A DNA stretch of 64,000 nucleotides from an uncultured Stomatobaculum sp. (GTDB lineage Bacteria > Bacillota > Clostridia > Lachnospirales > Lachnospiraceae): assembly GCA_916439095.1 (NCBI GenBank), contig CAKAGU010000002.1:45580-109579 (forward strand), read 5' to 3'. The translations under genes were made by a program, and so were the position numbers. Positions 43,586 through 55,992 of this stretch are shown in pieces; position 1 is the stretch's first letter; each line of letters begins with the position of its first letter. Below the pieces are notes generated by a model. That model did no database searches, was not told where the DNA came from, and was given only the letters and a program-made list of their open reading frames with translations.

Positions 43586-43731
43586 ATATGCTCTGTGCGC
43601 GCGGCGGTACAGGGGGACAAGGGTATGGCAAGAATTACGATGAGGCATATGCTCTGTGCGCGTAGCGGTGCGGGGGGACAAGGGTATGGCAAGAATTACG
43701 ATATGGCACATGCTCTGTGCGCGCGGCGGTG
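43586..43731. repeat. 61-bp tandem repeat, about 2.4 copies
   Basis: CTCTGTG recurs at 43591, 43652 and 43713 with near-identical intervening sequence. Confidence 0.9.
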
Positions 43732-43818
43732 AAATCAGGCAAATAAGCAGGGAAGAGAAAAAGAGAGCGTTGAAGACAGTACGTGATTGAGATTTGAGAA
43801 GTAGGGGTTCGAAACGGG

Positions 43819-43860
43819 AAAAGAGCTCGTCTCCGGGAGGACCGGAGACGAGCTCTTTTT
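43819..43860. terminator. Bidirectional terminator downstream of the rib operon
   Basis: AAAAGAGCTCGTCTCCGG-GAGGA-CCGGAGACGAGCTCTTTT. Confidence 0.75.
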
Positions 43861-44071
43861 GGGCTAAGCGGAAGTAAAGTGGGCGCACAAGTTCCGGTAT
43901 TCGCCGGAAGGCTTGCCGAGTCTGTGCCTGTTTCGGCAAGCTGCCATTGCGATTTGCGATAAAAGCAGATGAGAAAGGCCGCGGCGTATGCGCGCCCCAA
44001 ACAGTGCCGGCTTTACGCTTGCCCTCGGAAGCGAAGTTCGTTGCAGAAGGGAAGCGAAACGAAAAGCAGGT

Positions 44072-44542
44072 TCAGAGTTTCTCTAAGAGAGAAATCATCT
44101 CGAGCGCAGCGACCGCGCATTCAAAGCCCTTGTTGCCGGCCTTCGAGCCCGCGCGGAGCAGTGCCTGCTCGAGCGTATCGCAGGTCAGAACGCCGAAGAG
44201 CACGGGGAGTCCGCTCTCCAGGCCGACGGCGGCCAGTCCCTTGGAGACTTCGTTGCAGACATAGGTATAGTGGTCGGTATCGCCGCGAATGACCGCGCCG
44301 AGCGCAATGACCGCGTCGTACTTGCCGCTCTCCGACATTTTTTTGGCGACAAGCGGAAGCTCAAAGGCGCCGGGCACCTTGACGAGTGAAATCTGTGCGG
44401 GGAGAACGCCGTGGCGGAGCAGAGCATCCTCCGCGCCGTCAATCAGGCGGGAGACCACGAGGTCGTTAAAGCGCGCCGCGACGATGCCGATGCGGATTTT
44501 TTCGGGGGACTCGAGATGTAAGCTTCCTTCGTAAAGATTCAT
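44072..44542 (-). CDS. ribH: 6,7-dimethyl-8-ribityllumazine synthase
   Basis: [25 protein letters not shown]. Confidence 0.95.
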   Translation of the reverse strand: MNLYEGSLHLESPEKIRIGIVAARFNDLVVSRLIDGAEDALLRHGVLPAQISLVKVPGAFELPLVAKKMSESGKYDAVIALGAVIRGDTDHYTYVCNEVSKGLAAVGLESGLPVLFGVLTCDTLEQALLRAGSKAGNKGFECAVAALEMISLLEKL

Positions 44543-44598
44543 GGTTGTATCCTCTCTTTCACTGGTTCAAAGTCAGGGGTATTTGCATACAAAGCGTT

Positions 44599-45817
44599 TC
44601 AGCAGCTTTCGCGGAGCAGGGGTGCCTCCAAAAGATGCCCCATGCGGTGCCGCTTGGTGCGGAGATAGCGGATGTCGTGGCGATTTGCGGGAATCTCAAT
44701 CGAAACGCGCGATGTGACCGGAATGCCGAAGTCCGTGAGCTGCGCTATTTTGTCGGGATTATTGGTCATAAGGCGCAGAGACCGAACGCCGAGGGCGCGG
44801 AGCATGGCGGCCGCTGGGGCGTAGTTCCGGAGATCGTCCGGAAAGCCGAGCGCGCGGTTGGCCTCGACGGTGTCGAGCCCCTGTTCCTGGAGCGCATAGG
44901 CTTTCAGTTTGTTGAGGAGTCCTATACCGCGCCCCTCCTGGCGGAGATAGAGGAGGACACCCTGTCCCTCGGCTTCAATCTGTCTCAGTGCGCGCTGCAG
45001 CTGTTCGCCGCAGTCGCAGCGCTTCGAGCCGAAAACATCGCCGGTCATGCACTCGGAGTGCATGCGGCGAAAGCACCGCTCTTTTCTGGCAATATCGCCC
45101 TTGACGAGCGCGAGGGTGTTCGAGCCCGCTCAGCGGATCGAGAAAGCCGTGAGTTTGAAAGTCACCGAAGGCACTCGGGAGAGCAGCGCTCGCAACTTCT
45201 TCGAGCGCGTAGTCGTAGCGCTCGCGGTAGCGAACCAGATCCTCGATGCTGATGATGCAAAGGCCTTCGCGCTCGGCGAGGGCAAGCAGTTCTTTGGTCC
45301 GCATCATCTCCCCGTCCTCGCGCATAATCTCGCAGCAGAGGCCGGCGGGTTTCAGTCCCGCGAGGCGGCAGAGGTCAACGGTCGCCTCGGTGTGGCCGCG
45401 GCGCTCGAGGACACCGTGCGGGCGCGCGAGGAGCGGGAAGAGATGGCCGGGGCGGCGAAAATCAGAGGGAGCGGCATCCTCGGCAATCAGTTTCCTTGCG
45501 GTCAGCGCGCGCTCGGCGGCGCTGATGCCGGTTGTGGTCTCGACATGGTCAATCGAGACCAGAAAGGCGGTCTCGTGGTTATCGCTGTTTACGGCGGACA
45601 TCGGCGGCAGCCCGAGCTTCTTTGCATAGTCCGCAGCCACCGGGAGGCAGATCAGACCGCGCGCAAGTCCGGCCATCCGATTCACGAGTTCCGCAGAGGC
45701 AAATTCGGCGGCGCAAATCAGGTCGCCCTCGTTTTTCGCGTGAGGGTCATCGATGCAGACAATCAGTTTTCCGGCGCGAAGATCCGAGAGCGCCTGTTCA
45801 ATCGTTGAAAATCCCAT
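44599..45817 (-). CDS. ribBA: Bifunctional DHBP synthase/GTP cyclohydrolase II, frameshifts
   Basis: [43 protein letters not shown]. Confidence 0.93.
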
Positions 45818-45852
45818 GGCAGAATTCCTTTCTCTTATTGGGGCGAACGGTT

Positions 45853-46494
45853 TCAGTAACCGAGTTTGCGAAGCCACTCCTCGTTGATTCGGCTCTTTTT
45901 GTCTGTCCCGTCCTCCCCTGCGAGGAGGGCGCGCAGCACATATTTGCCGAGCAGATCGGTCTCGAGATTCAGCTTGTCGCCCGGACGCTTTGCGGCGAGG
46001 GTTGTGACTGCGGCTGTGTGCGGAATCACGGAGACCGAAAACTGATCGTTGTCGACGGAGACCACAGTGAGGCTGATGCCGTCGATTGCGACGGAACCTT
46101 TTTCGACGATACCCTGTAAAATAGCGGGGGCCGCGCGAATCGAAAAGAGCAGGGCGTTGTTCTCGCAGTGGATGCCGAGCAGTTCGCCGGTGCCGTCGAT
46201 ATGGCCGCTCACAAAGTGCCCGCCGAGGCGACCGTTGACCGGGAGTGCGCGCTCCAGATTGACCTGGCTTTTTGCGCGAAGCATACCGAGATTCGAGCGC
46301 CGCAGTGTCTCCGGCATGACATCTGCCGTAAAAGACTGCGCGGTGAAAGAGACGACAGTGAGACAGACGCCGTTGACCGCGATGCTGTCGCCCGCAGAGA
46401 GACCTTCGAGCACCGTTTGAGCGGCGATGGTGAGCTGATACTTTTCGGAAAAGTTGAGAAGCGTGCCGCGCTCCTCAATGAGGCCGGTGAACAT
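45853..46494 (-). CDS. ribE: Riboflavin synthase alpha chain
   Basis: MFTGLIEE, GDSIAVNGVCLTV, GGHFVSGHID. Confidence 0.95.
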   Translation of the reverse strand: MFTGLIEERGTLLNFSEKYQLTIAAQTVLEGLSAGDSIAVNGVCLTVVSFTAQSFTADVMPETLRRSNLGMLRAKSQVNLERALPVNGRLGGHFVSGHIDGTGELLGIHCENNALLFSIRAAPAILQGIVEKGSVAIDGISLTVVSVDNDQFSVSVIPHTAAVTTLAAKRPGDKLNLETDLLGKYVLRALLAGEDGTDKKSRINEEWLRKLGY

Positions 46495-46496
46495 AA

Positions 46497-47574
46497 TCAG
46501 AGATCTCCTTCGATGCGCACATCGGCGCCGAAAGAGCGGATGTGCAGATTTTTGAGGGAAAAAGCATCCGGCGGGCACGGCACACCGGTGCCGCCGAGCG
46601 CCGAGGGGGCATTTTTCCCGCCGAAGAGTTTCGGGGCGATATAGGCCTGTACGCGTTGCACGAGACCGGCACTGAGCAGCGCCCAGCCGAGTTCCGCGCC
46701 GCCCTCGACCAGCACCTCGTTGATGCCGCGCGCGCCGAGTGATGTGAGCAGGGCGCGGAGGTCAACGCGCTTGCCGGGGAAGGTGAGGATTTCACAGCCC
46801 GCGGCAAGATAGGCCTCGTGCCTTGCTGTATCGCTCACACAGCAGGCGAGTAAGGTCGGAACTTCTGCGGCGGTCTTTACGAGGGCGCTGTCAAGCGGCG
46901 TCCGGAGACCGGAGTCACAGACCACACGGAGCGGATTTCGCCCGCCCGGAATGCGGCAGGTTAAGAGAGGATCATCCTGCAGCACCGTATTGATGCCGAC
47001 CATCACGGCGCCTACCGCAGCGCGGGTCCGGTGAACTTCCTCCCGTGCGGCCTCGCTGGTAATCCAGCGGAGGCGCCGGAGGCCAGGCAGTTTTGCCGTC
47101 GAGCGTCATCGCATATTTCAGAAGGACAAAGGGAGGCCGGTTCTGATGTGGTGAAAAAAGGGAGCGTTCAGCGCATCACACGCGGATTCCGACACATGTT
47201 CCGTGACAGCAATGCCGCCCTGCCGGAGTGCGGCAATGCCCTTGCCTGCGACCAGCGGGTTCGGATCGCTGCTTCCCACAAACACCGCGCGGATGCCGGC
47301 GGCGAGAATCGCCTCGGTGCAGGGCGGCTGCTTGCCGGTATGACAGCAGGGTTCCAGTGTCACATAGAGTGAGGCGCCCGCCGGAAGAGTCCGCGATGCC
47401 TGCAGTCTTCGAGCGCGGCGCGCTCGGCGTGCAGACGCCGTAGAATGCGTGAAAGCCCTCGCCGATGATTTTGCCGTCCCGGACAAGGACGGCGCCGACC
47501 AGCGGATTCGGCGCGGTGTGACCGCGGCCGCGTTCTGCGAGCGAAATGGCGCGGCGCATAAAAGTTTCGTGCAT
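46497..47574 (-). CDS. ribD: Bifunctional deaminase/reductase RibD, frameshifts
   Basis: PNPLVGAV, YVTLEPCCH.GKQPPC, DDPLLT.R, VEGG. Confidence 0.9.
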
Positions 47575-47680
47575 AAGACCTCCTTTCGGCAATCAAAAAA
47601 GCCCCGGCGTAAGGCTCGGGGCAAGTAGAAGAAAGCCTGGAATTTCCATTCCAGGGACTTTGACTATGGAGGGTGCGTTG

Positions 47681-47788
47681 CTTCTTCCATCCAGACTATA
47701 CTGTCGGCTCCGGAATCTGACCGGATCATGCCTTTTCGGCTCGCGGGCTGTACCGCCGGTAGGGACTTTCACCCCTGCCCTGAAGACT
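47681..47788 (-). promoter_or_regulatory. FMN riboswitch (RFN element); terminator at ~47595-47622
   Basis: Minus strand TCTTCAGGGCAGGGGTGAAAGTCCCTACCGGCGGT.AGCCCGCGA...CCGACAGTATAGTCTGGATGGAAGAAG upstream of ribD. Confidence 0.95.
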
Positions 47789-47817
47789 ACGAGGCTCAGT
47801 ATAGAATAGCAGAGCAG

Positions 47818-48480
47818 TTATGTCAAGATTCGCGATACTTGGCCATCATACTTTTGAAGAGCTCGGCGGTGGAGGGCGGTGTGAAGGTGATGGCATTGGC
47901 GCCGGCCGCAATGGTCGCCTGAATGCTCTCTTCGGTATTGCCGCCGCTCACGATGATCGGGACCTCCGGAAAATCGCGGCGGATTTTTCAGTACCAGCGC
48001 CGCGGTGCCGGGGCCTGCCGCGACATTCAGAATACTCGCGCCGCTTGCAGGCGCGCGGCGATATCGGTCTCTTCGCTGACGACAGTGATGATGACCGGAA
48101 TATCCACGACCTTGGTCACGGCGAGGAGGTTTAAGTCGCTGATCGGCGCATTCAGGACAATCGCCCATGGCGCCTTGGCCTCGGCATCCTGTGCGAGCGA
48201 GGCGTGCGAAGTCCCTCGTCGTGCCGCCGCCCGCAGCCGCAGAAGACGGGGATATGAGGGCCGTTGATCAGTGCGTGGCTGATGGCCGACTGCGGGGTAA
48301 ACGGGTGACCGCGAAGACCGCATCGGCGTCCAGTTTCGGATAATCGCGAGATCGGTCGTGAAGACCAGGGACTTGATGCGCCGCCCGTTGACCACGATGC
48401 CGCTCGCCTGATAACAGGAGAGGCAGTTGTTCAAACCAAAAAGTCTCTTTTCTTTATAAGGCTGTCGCTGAAAAAGACAA
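47818..48480 (-). CDS. Conserved Firmicutes TIM-barrel 'hydrolase', heavily frameshifted
   Basis: GRRIKSLVFTTDLAIIRN, VLNAP, ILNVAAG, ATGG, AGANAITFTPP. Confidence 0.6.
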
Positions 48481-48570
48481 GCGGATTGCCGGTTTACACT
48501 TTTTCTGTTTGCAAAAAGTTTTATGATAAAGAAATCTTAAAGGCAAGCAAGGTAAAGGAAGAATCGAACC

Positions 48571-49057
48571 ATGAGATTGATGCGACAATTCGGCATTATC
48601 GCGGGCATGACTTGTGTCGGCGAACAATGCATATTTTATTCCGCTGCCGGTGCCCGGCAGTATTTACAACCTGGCGCTCGCGATGATCGCGCTGATGACG
48701 GGGATGATAAAGCTGGAGAGTGTGCTCGAGACCCTCGCAGTTTCTGATTGATGCGATGCCGCTCATGTTTATTCCGGCCGGTGTGGGACTCATGGCAGCC
48801 TGGGGGCAGCTCGGGAAATCCTTCTGCCGGTCACCGTTGGACCTTTGTCTCGACAAAGTGCTGGTTATAGGGAATCACGGGGCGCGTGACGCAAATTTTG
48901 CTCGCCGTGACGGCGCGCGGACGTGCAAAAAGGCGAGACGGCTTCGCAGGAGTTAAAGGAAGAGGTTCTGGCCGAAGAGAATGTAATCGCCGAAGAATTG
49001 CGAGGCGGCAAAACCACGAGACGGAAAAATCAAGCACCTGCTGCACGGCGAGGTGAC
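48571..49057 (+). CDS. CidA/LrgA family protein, frameshifted
   Basis: MRLMRQFGII, PLPVP, FLIDAMPLMFIPAGVGLM. Confidence 0.7.
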
Positions 49058-49188
49058 GAAGAGCGAAGAGCCGGAAGCAATCGGACTGCGCCGCACGGTC
49101 AGAGTCTGCCGAAGCGGAAGAGACCGCGAAAAACAGAACACGCTGCCGCAGGCAACGGCAGCGCACGGGAAGAAAAGGAGGAAGCATC

Positions 49189-49898
49189 ATGGGCATGGAT
49201 GAGGCGATGAATGAAGTCATCCGAAACTCGACCATCATAGGCATCGTCATCAGTCTGCTCGCCTTTGATATCGGCAGCGTACTGCGCGCCAAGACGGGGC
49301 TTGCGGTGCTGAATCCGCTGCTGATCTCGATTATTCTGGTCATCGGCTTCATGGTTGCGTTTAATATCGACTACGGAAGCAGCATCCGGAGCGCGCTGGT
49401 ATAAGCTATCTTTCTGACGCCGGCGACGGTGGCGCTCGCCGTGCCGCTCTACCAGCAGCTGCAACTTCGAAGGATAATCTGCTTGCGGTCGTGCTCGGCG
49501 TCCTGGCCGGTGTGCTCACGAGCCTCAGTTCGATTCTCGTGCTCTGCACGATATTTCATATGAACCATGTGGGTACATCACGCTGTTGCCGAAGTCCATC
49601 TGACGGCAATCGGTATGAGCGTGGTGGAGGAGCTCGGCGGCTGCCGACCATCACCGTGGCCTCGATTATGTGACCGGTATTTCTCGGTAATGCTGCTCGC
49701 CGACCCGGTTTGTCATCTGTTCGCGATTCACGCCCGATTGCCAAAGGACTGCGCTCGGCACTGGCACATGCAATCGGCACCTCGAGAGGCAATAGCAGAT
49801 CGGTGAGAATTGAGGTGCCATCGGCGGGACTCGCTGATTGTGAGTCAGCGGTATCACTGACTGTGGTCGGTGCTTCGATTTTTGCCACCTTCCGCTGA
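49189..49898 (+). CDS. lrgB: LrgB family protein, frameshifted
   Basis: LNPLLISI, LTPATVALAVPLY, AHAIGTS. Confidence 0.78.
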
Positions 49899-49947
49899 GA
49901 CAGCGCGAAACACTGCCCGCGGGTTCAATGCGAGGCGGCGAGCAAGT

Positions 49948-50911
49948 TCATAGAGAGGTCCGCTCATGGGCGGGCAGCAAAGCGCAGGCGTAGTCCTGCG
50001 CTTTTTCCGTTCGGGGAAGTTCCAGCGTTTCGGTTTTTTCAAGCAGCTGCGCGCGGCCGCTCTGCCGGAGATACTCCCGGAACGAGTTGAGTTTCAGAGC
50101 GGAGAGCGGGTCGGAGAGCACTGGGCATGAAGATGCGGTCGCAGAGTTCCAGGAGCTCGAGCGCGCGGCGGCGAAGGCGCCGAAATCCAGCACCATGCTA
50201 CGGTAGCCGCTCTCCCGCGCGACTACGCTGTAAGAGGGCGGCGGAATTCCTCCGGGGGAGCAGAGACAAATCTTCCGCACAGCGCACCGGCGGCAGCAGA
50301 TCCAGTGCGCGAAGGCGGAGAGTCTGCTCTGCAAAACGGCCCAGCTGTAGCGACCGCTGCTGTGGGCAAATAAAAGTTCCGAGAGACTTTCGGCGGCATC
50401 CGGCGCAATTTGCGCATAGACGCCGGCGTAGTCTTCGAGCGAGAGAAGCAGGTCTTGCCTGCGCGCGCGCGCCGAGTCGAGGAGAGGGCGAAGGTGGTCT
50501 TGCCGCAGCGGTGGACGGGAGAGTAGATGCCCAGGATTTCGCAGTCGCCGCGCTGAACCGGGGAGGGGCGGTCTTGCGGCTGCATAGAGTTGCACTGACG
50601 CGGCGCGCAAGGGCATCGGCCGGACGATAGGAAAAGACAGCGGGAACCGGGAGCGCGTTTTGACAGCGCTCGCCGACAAAGCCGTCTTCGCTCAGCAGGA
50701 TGGCCATGCTCTGTCCGAGCAGGCCCTGCATTTCTTCGGCAAAGTGCTCGGAGAACAGCAGCAACTCCACATCGCGCACGCGCGCGAGGCGCGGAACGCC
50801 TCGAGTGCGGAAGGCATAGACGGGAAGGCCGAGACTCTTTCGCTGGTTCCAGAAGTCAGCAAGGCGTCCGGCGTAGTCGGCGTCGGTGTAAAGAACGGCA
50901 CAGCGTCGCAT
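49948..50911 (-). CDS. CpaE/ParA-like Tad-associated protein, frameshifted
   Basis: Receiver-like N-terminus (DADYAGRLADF), GIYSPVHRCGKTTFAL. Confidence 0.6.
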
Positions 50912-50929
50912 GAGAAGAACCTCCTTTGG

Positions 50930-51353
50930 TGTGTCAGAAGAAAAGGGTGTGAAGAAGCGGGGTTTCGGAGAGCAGCTTTAAGAGCGCAAAGCCGGCAAAG
51001 AAAAAGGGCGCAAGCGGCAGCTGTTCCCAGCGCCGTCCGGAGAGCAGCAGCCAGAGCGCGCGGCAGGGTGGCGGCGAGGCTCAGAAAAAGAAACCGAGAA
51101 AGGCGGAGAGCCCCGAGATGAGGCGCAGCAGAGACCGAGGAGCTTGACATCGCCCCGCGCCGATGAGATGCAGGCGGAACCAGGGATAAAAGAGAAGGGC
51201 AGAGAGGCAGAGGCGAAGCGGAAGTGCGGATTCTGTGCCGCATACCAGGCGCAGCAGGGCCAACAGGAGGAGGCGGTTCGGAATACGGCGTTCCCTCAAA
51301 TCCGCAATCGAGAATAGTGGCAAAAGAGGGCGAGCGGAGAGGTTGTAAAACAT
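50930..51353 (-). CDS. A24 prepilin peptidase-like protein, frameshifted
   Basis: ADLRERRIPNRL and a GAGDVKL-like segment. Confidence 0.6.
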
Positions 51354-51430
51354 AAAATCCTCCTTTTCTTGCTTTGTCAAACGTCGGAGCTATGCTTGTC
51401 ACTCAAAAACAATCGTTGCGCGGAGGGAGT

Positions 51431-53543
51431 ATGGCAGAAGTCAACAGAGGTATGGGTGTCATCACAGAGACAGATTGTTATCTGTTCGGGCAGGGAACGC
51501 ACTATGAGATTTATAAGAAGCTCGGTGCACATCCCATGACGCGGGACGGCGTGGAAGGGTATTACTTGCGGTCTGGGCACCCGCACGCGCGCGCAGTGAG
51601 CGTGGTCGGCGAGTTCAATGACTGGCAGGCAGAAGGCAAACCCGTGTGCGGAAATTTTTGAGGCGGCATCTGGGGTGCTTCATCCGGGACCCAAAGCCGG
51701 GATGCTCTACAAATTCCTTCTGAAAAGCGCTGCCGGAGAGCTTCTCTACAAGGCAGACCCCTATGCGCGCGCGGCGGAGTTCCGCCCCGGCACGGCGTCG
51801 CAGCTCACGGGAGAACCCTGGGACTACCGGTGGAAGGATCAGGCGTGGATGCAGCAGAGGGCAAAGCAGAATCCGCGGCAGGAAGCGCTCAGCATTTACG
51901 AGTGTCACCTTGGTTCCTGGCGGCGGGGCGATGAAAACAGAGCGGACGGTTTCTCTCCTATGAGACCTTGGCGCGGGAGCTCTCGGCCTATGTCAAGGAC
52001 ATGGGCTCTGCCATAATGGAACTCATGGGCATTGCGGGTATCCGTTTGACCCGGGAGCTGGGGCTATCAGGTGACCGACTACGCGCCGACTTCCCGCTAC
52101 AGGGAGCCCGGCGGAATTTCAGGCTTTTGTCGACACACTGCACGCGGCGGGCATCGGCGTGATTCTCGACTGGGTGCCGGCGCATTTCCCGCGGGATGCC
52201 TTCGGCCTTGTGGATTTCGACGGACAGGCGCTCTACGAGTACGCCGATCCGAGAAAGGGCGAGCATCCGGACTGGGGCACAAGGTTTTTGATTACGGCAA
52301 GACCGAGGTCAAGAACTTCCTGATTGCGAATGCGCTCTACTGGATAGACGAATACCATGTGGACGGACTCCGGGTCGATGCCGTAGCGTCGATGCTCTAT
52401 CTGGACTACGGCAGACAGAGCGGTCAGTGGTGCCCGAACAAATACGGCGGCAACGAGAACCTTGAGGCGATTGAGTTCTTCAAGCACTTGAATTCCGTGA
52501 TCGCCGGGCGGAAGGACGGCAGCATGATCATTGCCGAGGAGAGCACAGCCTGGCCCATGGTCACACACCGTCCGGAGGACAACGGTCTCGGTTTCACCTT
52601 CAAGTGGAACATGGGCTGGATGCACGACTTCCTCAGTACATGAAGCTGGATCCCTACTTCCGGCGCGACAACCACAACAAGATGACCTTCGGCCTCACCT
52701 GTTTCACGAGCGAGAACTATGTGCTTGTGCTCTCGCACGATGAGGTGGTGCATCTCAAGTGCTCGATGATCAACAAGATGCCGGGTATTTACGAGGACAA
52801 GTTCTCAAATCTGAAGTGCGGTTACAGCTATATGATCGGTCATCCGGGCAAGAAACTGCTCTTCATGGGACAGGAATTTGCGCAGTGGCACGAGTGGGAT
52901 GAGAAGGTATCGCTGAACTGGGAGCTGTTAAACGAGACACCGCACCGGGATATGCAGAACTTTGTGCGGGGACTCCTGCAGCTTTACCGCTCGCATCCGG
53001 CGCTGTACCGTTTGGACAACGACTGGCAGGGCTTTGAGTGGATCAATGCGAACGATGCGGACCGTTCGATTTTCTCTTTCCTCCGCCGGGATGAGAGCCG
53101 GAAGAAGTCTCTACTCTTTGTGATTAACTTCACGCCGGTTGCGCGCGAGGACTATCGTGTCGGCGTGCCGCACGCGGGCAGTTACCGGCTGATTCTGGAT
53201 GAGACCGAAGGACTCTATGCGCTTCGGAAGAAGCGCGTGGTCCTCTATCGCGCAAAGCCGGGCGAGTGCGACCAGAGACCGTTCTATCTGGAAGCGCCGC
53301 TGCCCGGCGTACGGTGTGCAGTTTTCGAGGTTCGATGAGACGAAGAAATCGGCGGTGAAGAAAAGCGGCGGGAAGCAGAAAACCGCGACCGAGAAGGTGA
53401 CGGGAGCAAAGAAACCGGCAGTGAAGAAGACGGTGGGAGCAAAGAAACCGGCAAGCGAGAAGACGGCGAGTAAGAAACCCGCGGCGAAGAAGACTCAGGG
53501 TTCGCGGAGTGCCTCCAAGAAGACGGCATCTTCCGCAGAGTGA
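51431..53543 (+). CDS. glgB: 1,4-alpha-glucan branching enzyme with Lys-rich tail, frameshifts
   Basis: [59 protein letters not shown]. Confidence 0.92.
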
Positions 53544-53641
53544 TTCAGTTCTTCTGTGCGGTGAAAAGAGGCGGCGGAGCAATCCGCCGCTCTTTTTTGC
53601 GAAGTTCCTCAGCACTGACCTCCGGATTTCGTGACGAGAGG

Positions 53642-54225
53642 TCAGAGCGGCGGCGCGGCATCGGCAGCAGGGTCCGCTTCGCGCGGCGTTGTCTCTGCGG
53701 CAGTCAGAATGCGCTCCAGATAGTCGAGAGAGTGCGGATGCGAGAGGCTTTCCTGATAGAGGCGGTAGGCGAGCACCATGTGTCGCTCTTCACTCTGATC
53801 GGTCAGCGCGAGTAGCGCATGTAAAAAGAGCGGAGAGGCTGTCCGAAAAGTCCGCATGTTGTCCCGGGTGATAGAGAAGCAGGGGCGCGGCTCTGCGGGT
53901 CCAGGTAAATCGCGTCGGCATCGAGACCAGACCGTCCGGAGACAAGAGATAGACCGGGAGACGGGAGGCGCCTGAAGAAGATATAGTAACAGGCGGCGAA
54001 GATCTTCGGCGCGAAGTTTTTCTGCTCGGCTGCGGCGTCGGTGAGAGAGAAGGCCGGTCACATCATAGGAGAGTGTCTCGGGCAGCGCCTCGCCGGTAGG
54101 GCAGAGCGGCGAAAACCAGGGGATATGGTTTTCCTCGAGCATGCCCGGCGCGGAAAGCCGGATGCGTCGGCGAGAGAGGAAGTTCGAGGGCGCTGTGTGT
54201 CGCACTATGAACCAGTTTTCATCAT
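53642..54225 (-). CDS. DUF6382-like Tad-locus protein, frameshifted
   Basis: MLEENHIP, LSYDVTG, VLAYRLYQ; last gene of the operon. Confidence 0.5.
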
Positions 54226-54229
54226 GGGG

Positions 54230-54642
54230 TTACCTCCTTTGTGCTGTCCGGAAGCGGACTGGTGCTGCGAAGCGCTGTCTCCGGGCGCAGCGGTTTTGTA
54301 TTCGATGCGCGCAGAGAAACAGGGGCGCGCGGAGCTCGACACCACCGACATCCTGTCCGCACCAGACGGTGAAATTACTGTCGCCAACGGGGAGCAGGGA
54401 GAGAGACGGCGCAGATAGTGTGACTTCAGTTCGGCCAGGGCGGCGGCGATATCGCCCGGTGCGGGAATCCGCGCGCGAGGCCTGTACCGCGAGATCTTCG
54501 AGCAGAAAAGCCGGCCGTGCAGCGGGCCTGTTCCCGATAGACGAAGCGGGTCGCTGCGGTCAGCGATAAAAAGAGAAGCGAGAATCATAGGTGCTTCTAC
54601 GGTGAGAGAGGCGCGAAGACGCAGAGACAGGGGCCGCCTCAT
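54230..54642 (-). CDS. TadE-like pseudopilin, frameshifted
   Basis: LRASLTVEA N-terminal motif. Confidence 0.5.
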
Positions 54643-55113
54643 GACAGAACCTTGCCCGGAGAAAAGAGACAAAAAAGGGCGGGGAGCAGAAAAAAGGGGA
54701 GCAGCGGAATGCGCTCTGTCCCTGTCTTTTTCGGGCGCCCTGAAGCGGCAGCAAAGCAGAAAAAAGAGAGAGAGTGCCGCGGACAAAAACCGGCTGTCAG
54801 CAGAAACAGCAGGCGGTGAAAGCCCGGCGCCGAGACCGAAACAGAGGAGAAATAGTGCGTCGCCGAGCCCGAGGGCTTCGCGGGACAGCAGGGAAAAGGC
54901 GAGCAGCGGAAGAGACAGGCAGAGCGAGAGCAGAAGCTCTGTCGGCACAGTCGCGCGGACAAAGAGAGCGCCACAGATAAAAGCCGAGCTCCAGGAGGAG
55001 CAGAAGCTCAAAAAAGCGGCGGGGTACGGTTTGATAGAGAAAGTCCTCGCGCACGCGCAGAGCAAGTGAAAAAGCGTGAGACTGAAGCAGCCGAAGAGGG
55101 TGGTCGCAAACAT
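54639..55113 (-). CDS. A24 prepilin peptidase-like membrane protein, frameshifted
   Basis: EALGLGDALF, C-terminal PLLPFF. Confidence 0.55.
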
Positions 55114-55123
55114 CGAACTCCTT

Positions 55124-55975
55124 TCATGGATAGCAATATCTGCAGGGGCCAAGCTGCTCCACTTCGCGTTTCGGCACGGCGCGGACATAGGCGCGAATCG
55201 CGCGGCAGGCCGGATCGCGGTGCCAGGCGGTGCCGCTCGGCATCAGGTAGACAGTGCCGCCGCTTGCGCCGCGCGCACAGACCGGGCAGGCGTGATAGCG
55301 ACCGCCGGAGGCATTGCGCGCAGCCGTCGCTTCGGAGAGAGACACGGCGCGAAGATCGTTATAGAGATAGTGACAGCGGGCGGTCTTATGGTAGCGGGTC
55401 GAGTGCCTGCCGACATGAGACACTTTCCTCTTCCGGGTTTGCTGCGACGCAGTTTTTCCGGATCGGTTTCCCCGATCCAGGCGCGCGCCGCCATGCCGTG
55501 CGACTGCAGCGGATGGCGGGCAGGCGAAACAGGGGAATCGGGAGTGTGTAGCTGTAGTCCAGCACGACGCGAACCGTTTCGCCGTCCGCGAGGAAGCTCG
55601 AGCGCTCGGCACTGAGTTCGCTGAGATTCGGATCGGAGACAGCGGCGCGCGCGGCCGCAAGCGCCAAGGAACTCAGCGAATTTCTGTATTGCGCGGCCTC
55701 CGGCGTTGACAGCGAGGCCAGGGCAGCGGCGCGGTCACAGACGGTTTCCGCGGCGCGCTGCATCTGCCGCTCGGCGGTCATGATGCGGAAGGGCACGGAA
55801 AAGAGGAGGAGCACAAACAAAAGAGGCAGCACTGAGCGCTGCCTCACCGTGAAAAGCGGGCAGAGAGCGGGGCGCGGCGCCTCAGCGCTGCGCTCCTGTG
55901 AAGAGAAAAAGAGACGGAAAGTCGGGATTGTGCCTGGAGAGCTGTTTTCCGATTTTGATTGACAGTGGTTTTCAT
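55124..55975 (-). CDS. TadE-like protein with C-terminal Cys-rich repeats, frameshifted
   Basis: RYH...CHYL, ACPVC, WHRDPAC, PCRYC. Confidence 0.55.
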
Positions 55976-55992
55976 GTGGCCGTCTCCTCTGT

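Noticed and set aside
43586..43731. Possible CRISPR array (period ~61 bp)
   Set aside because: The intervening sequences are near-identical, not unique spacers, and no cas genes are present
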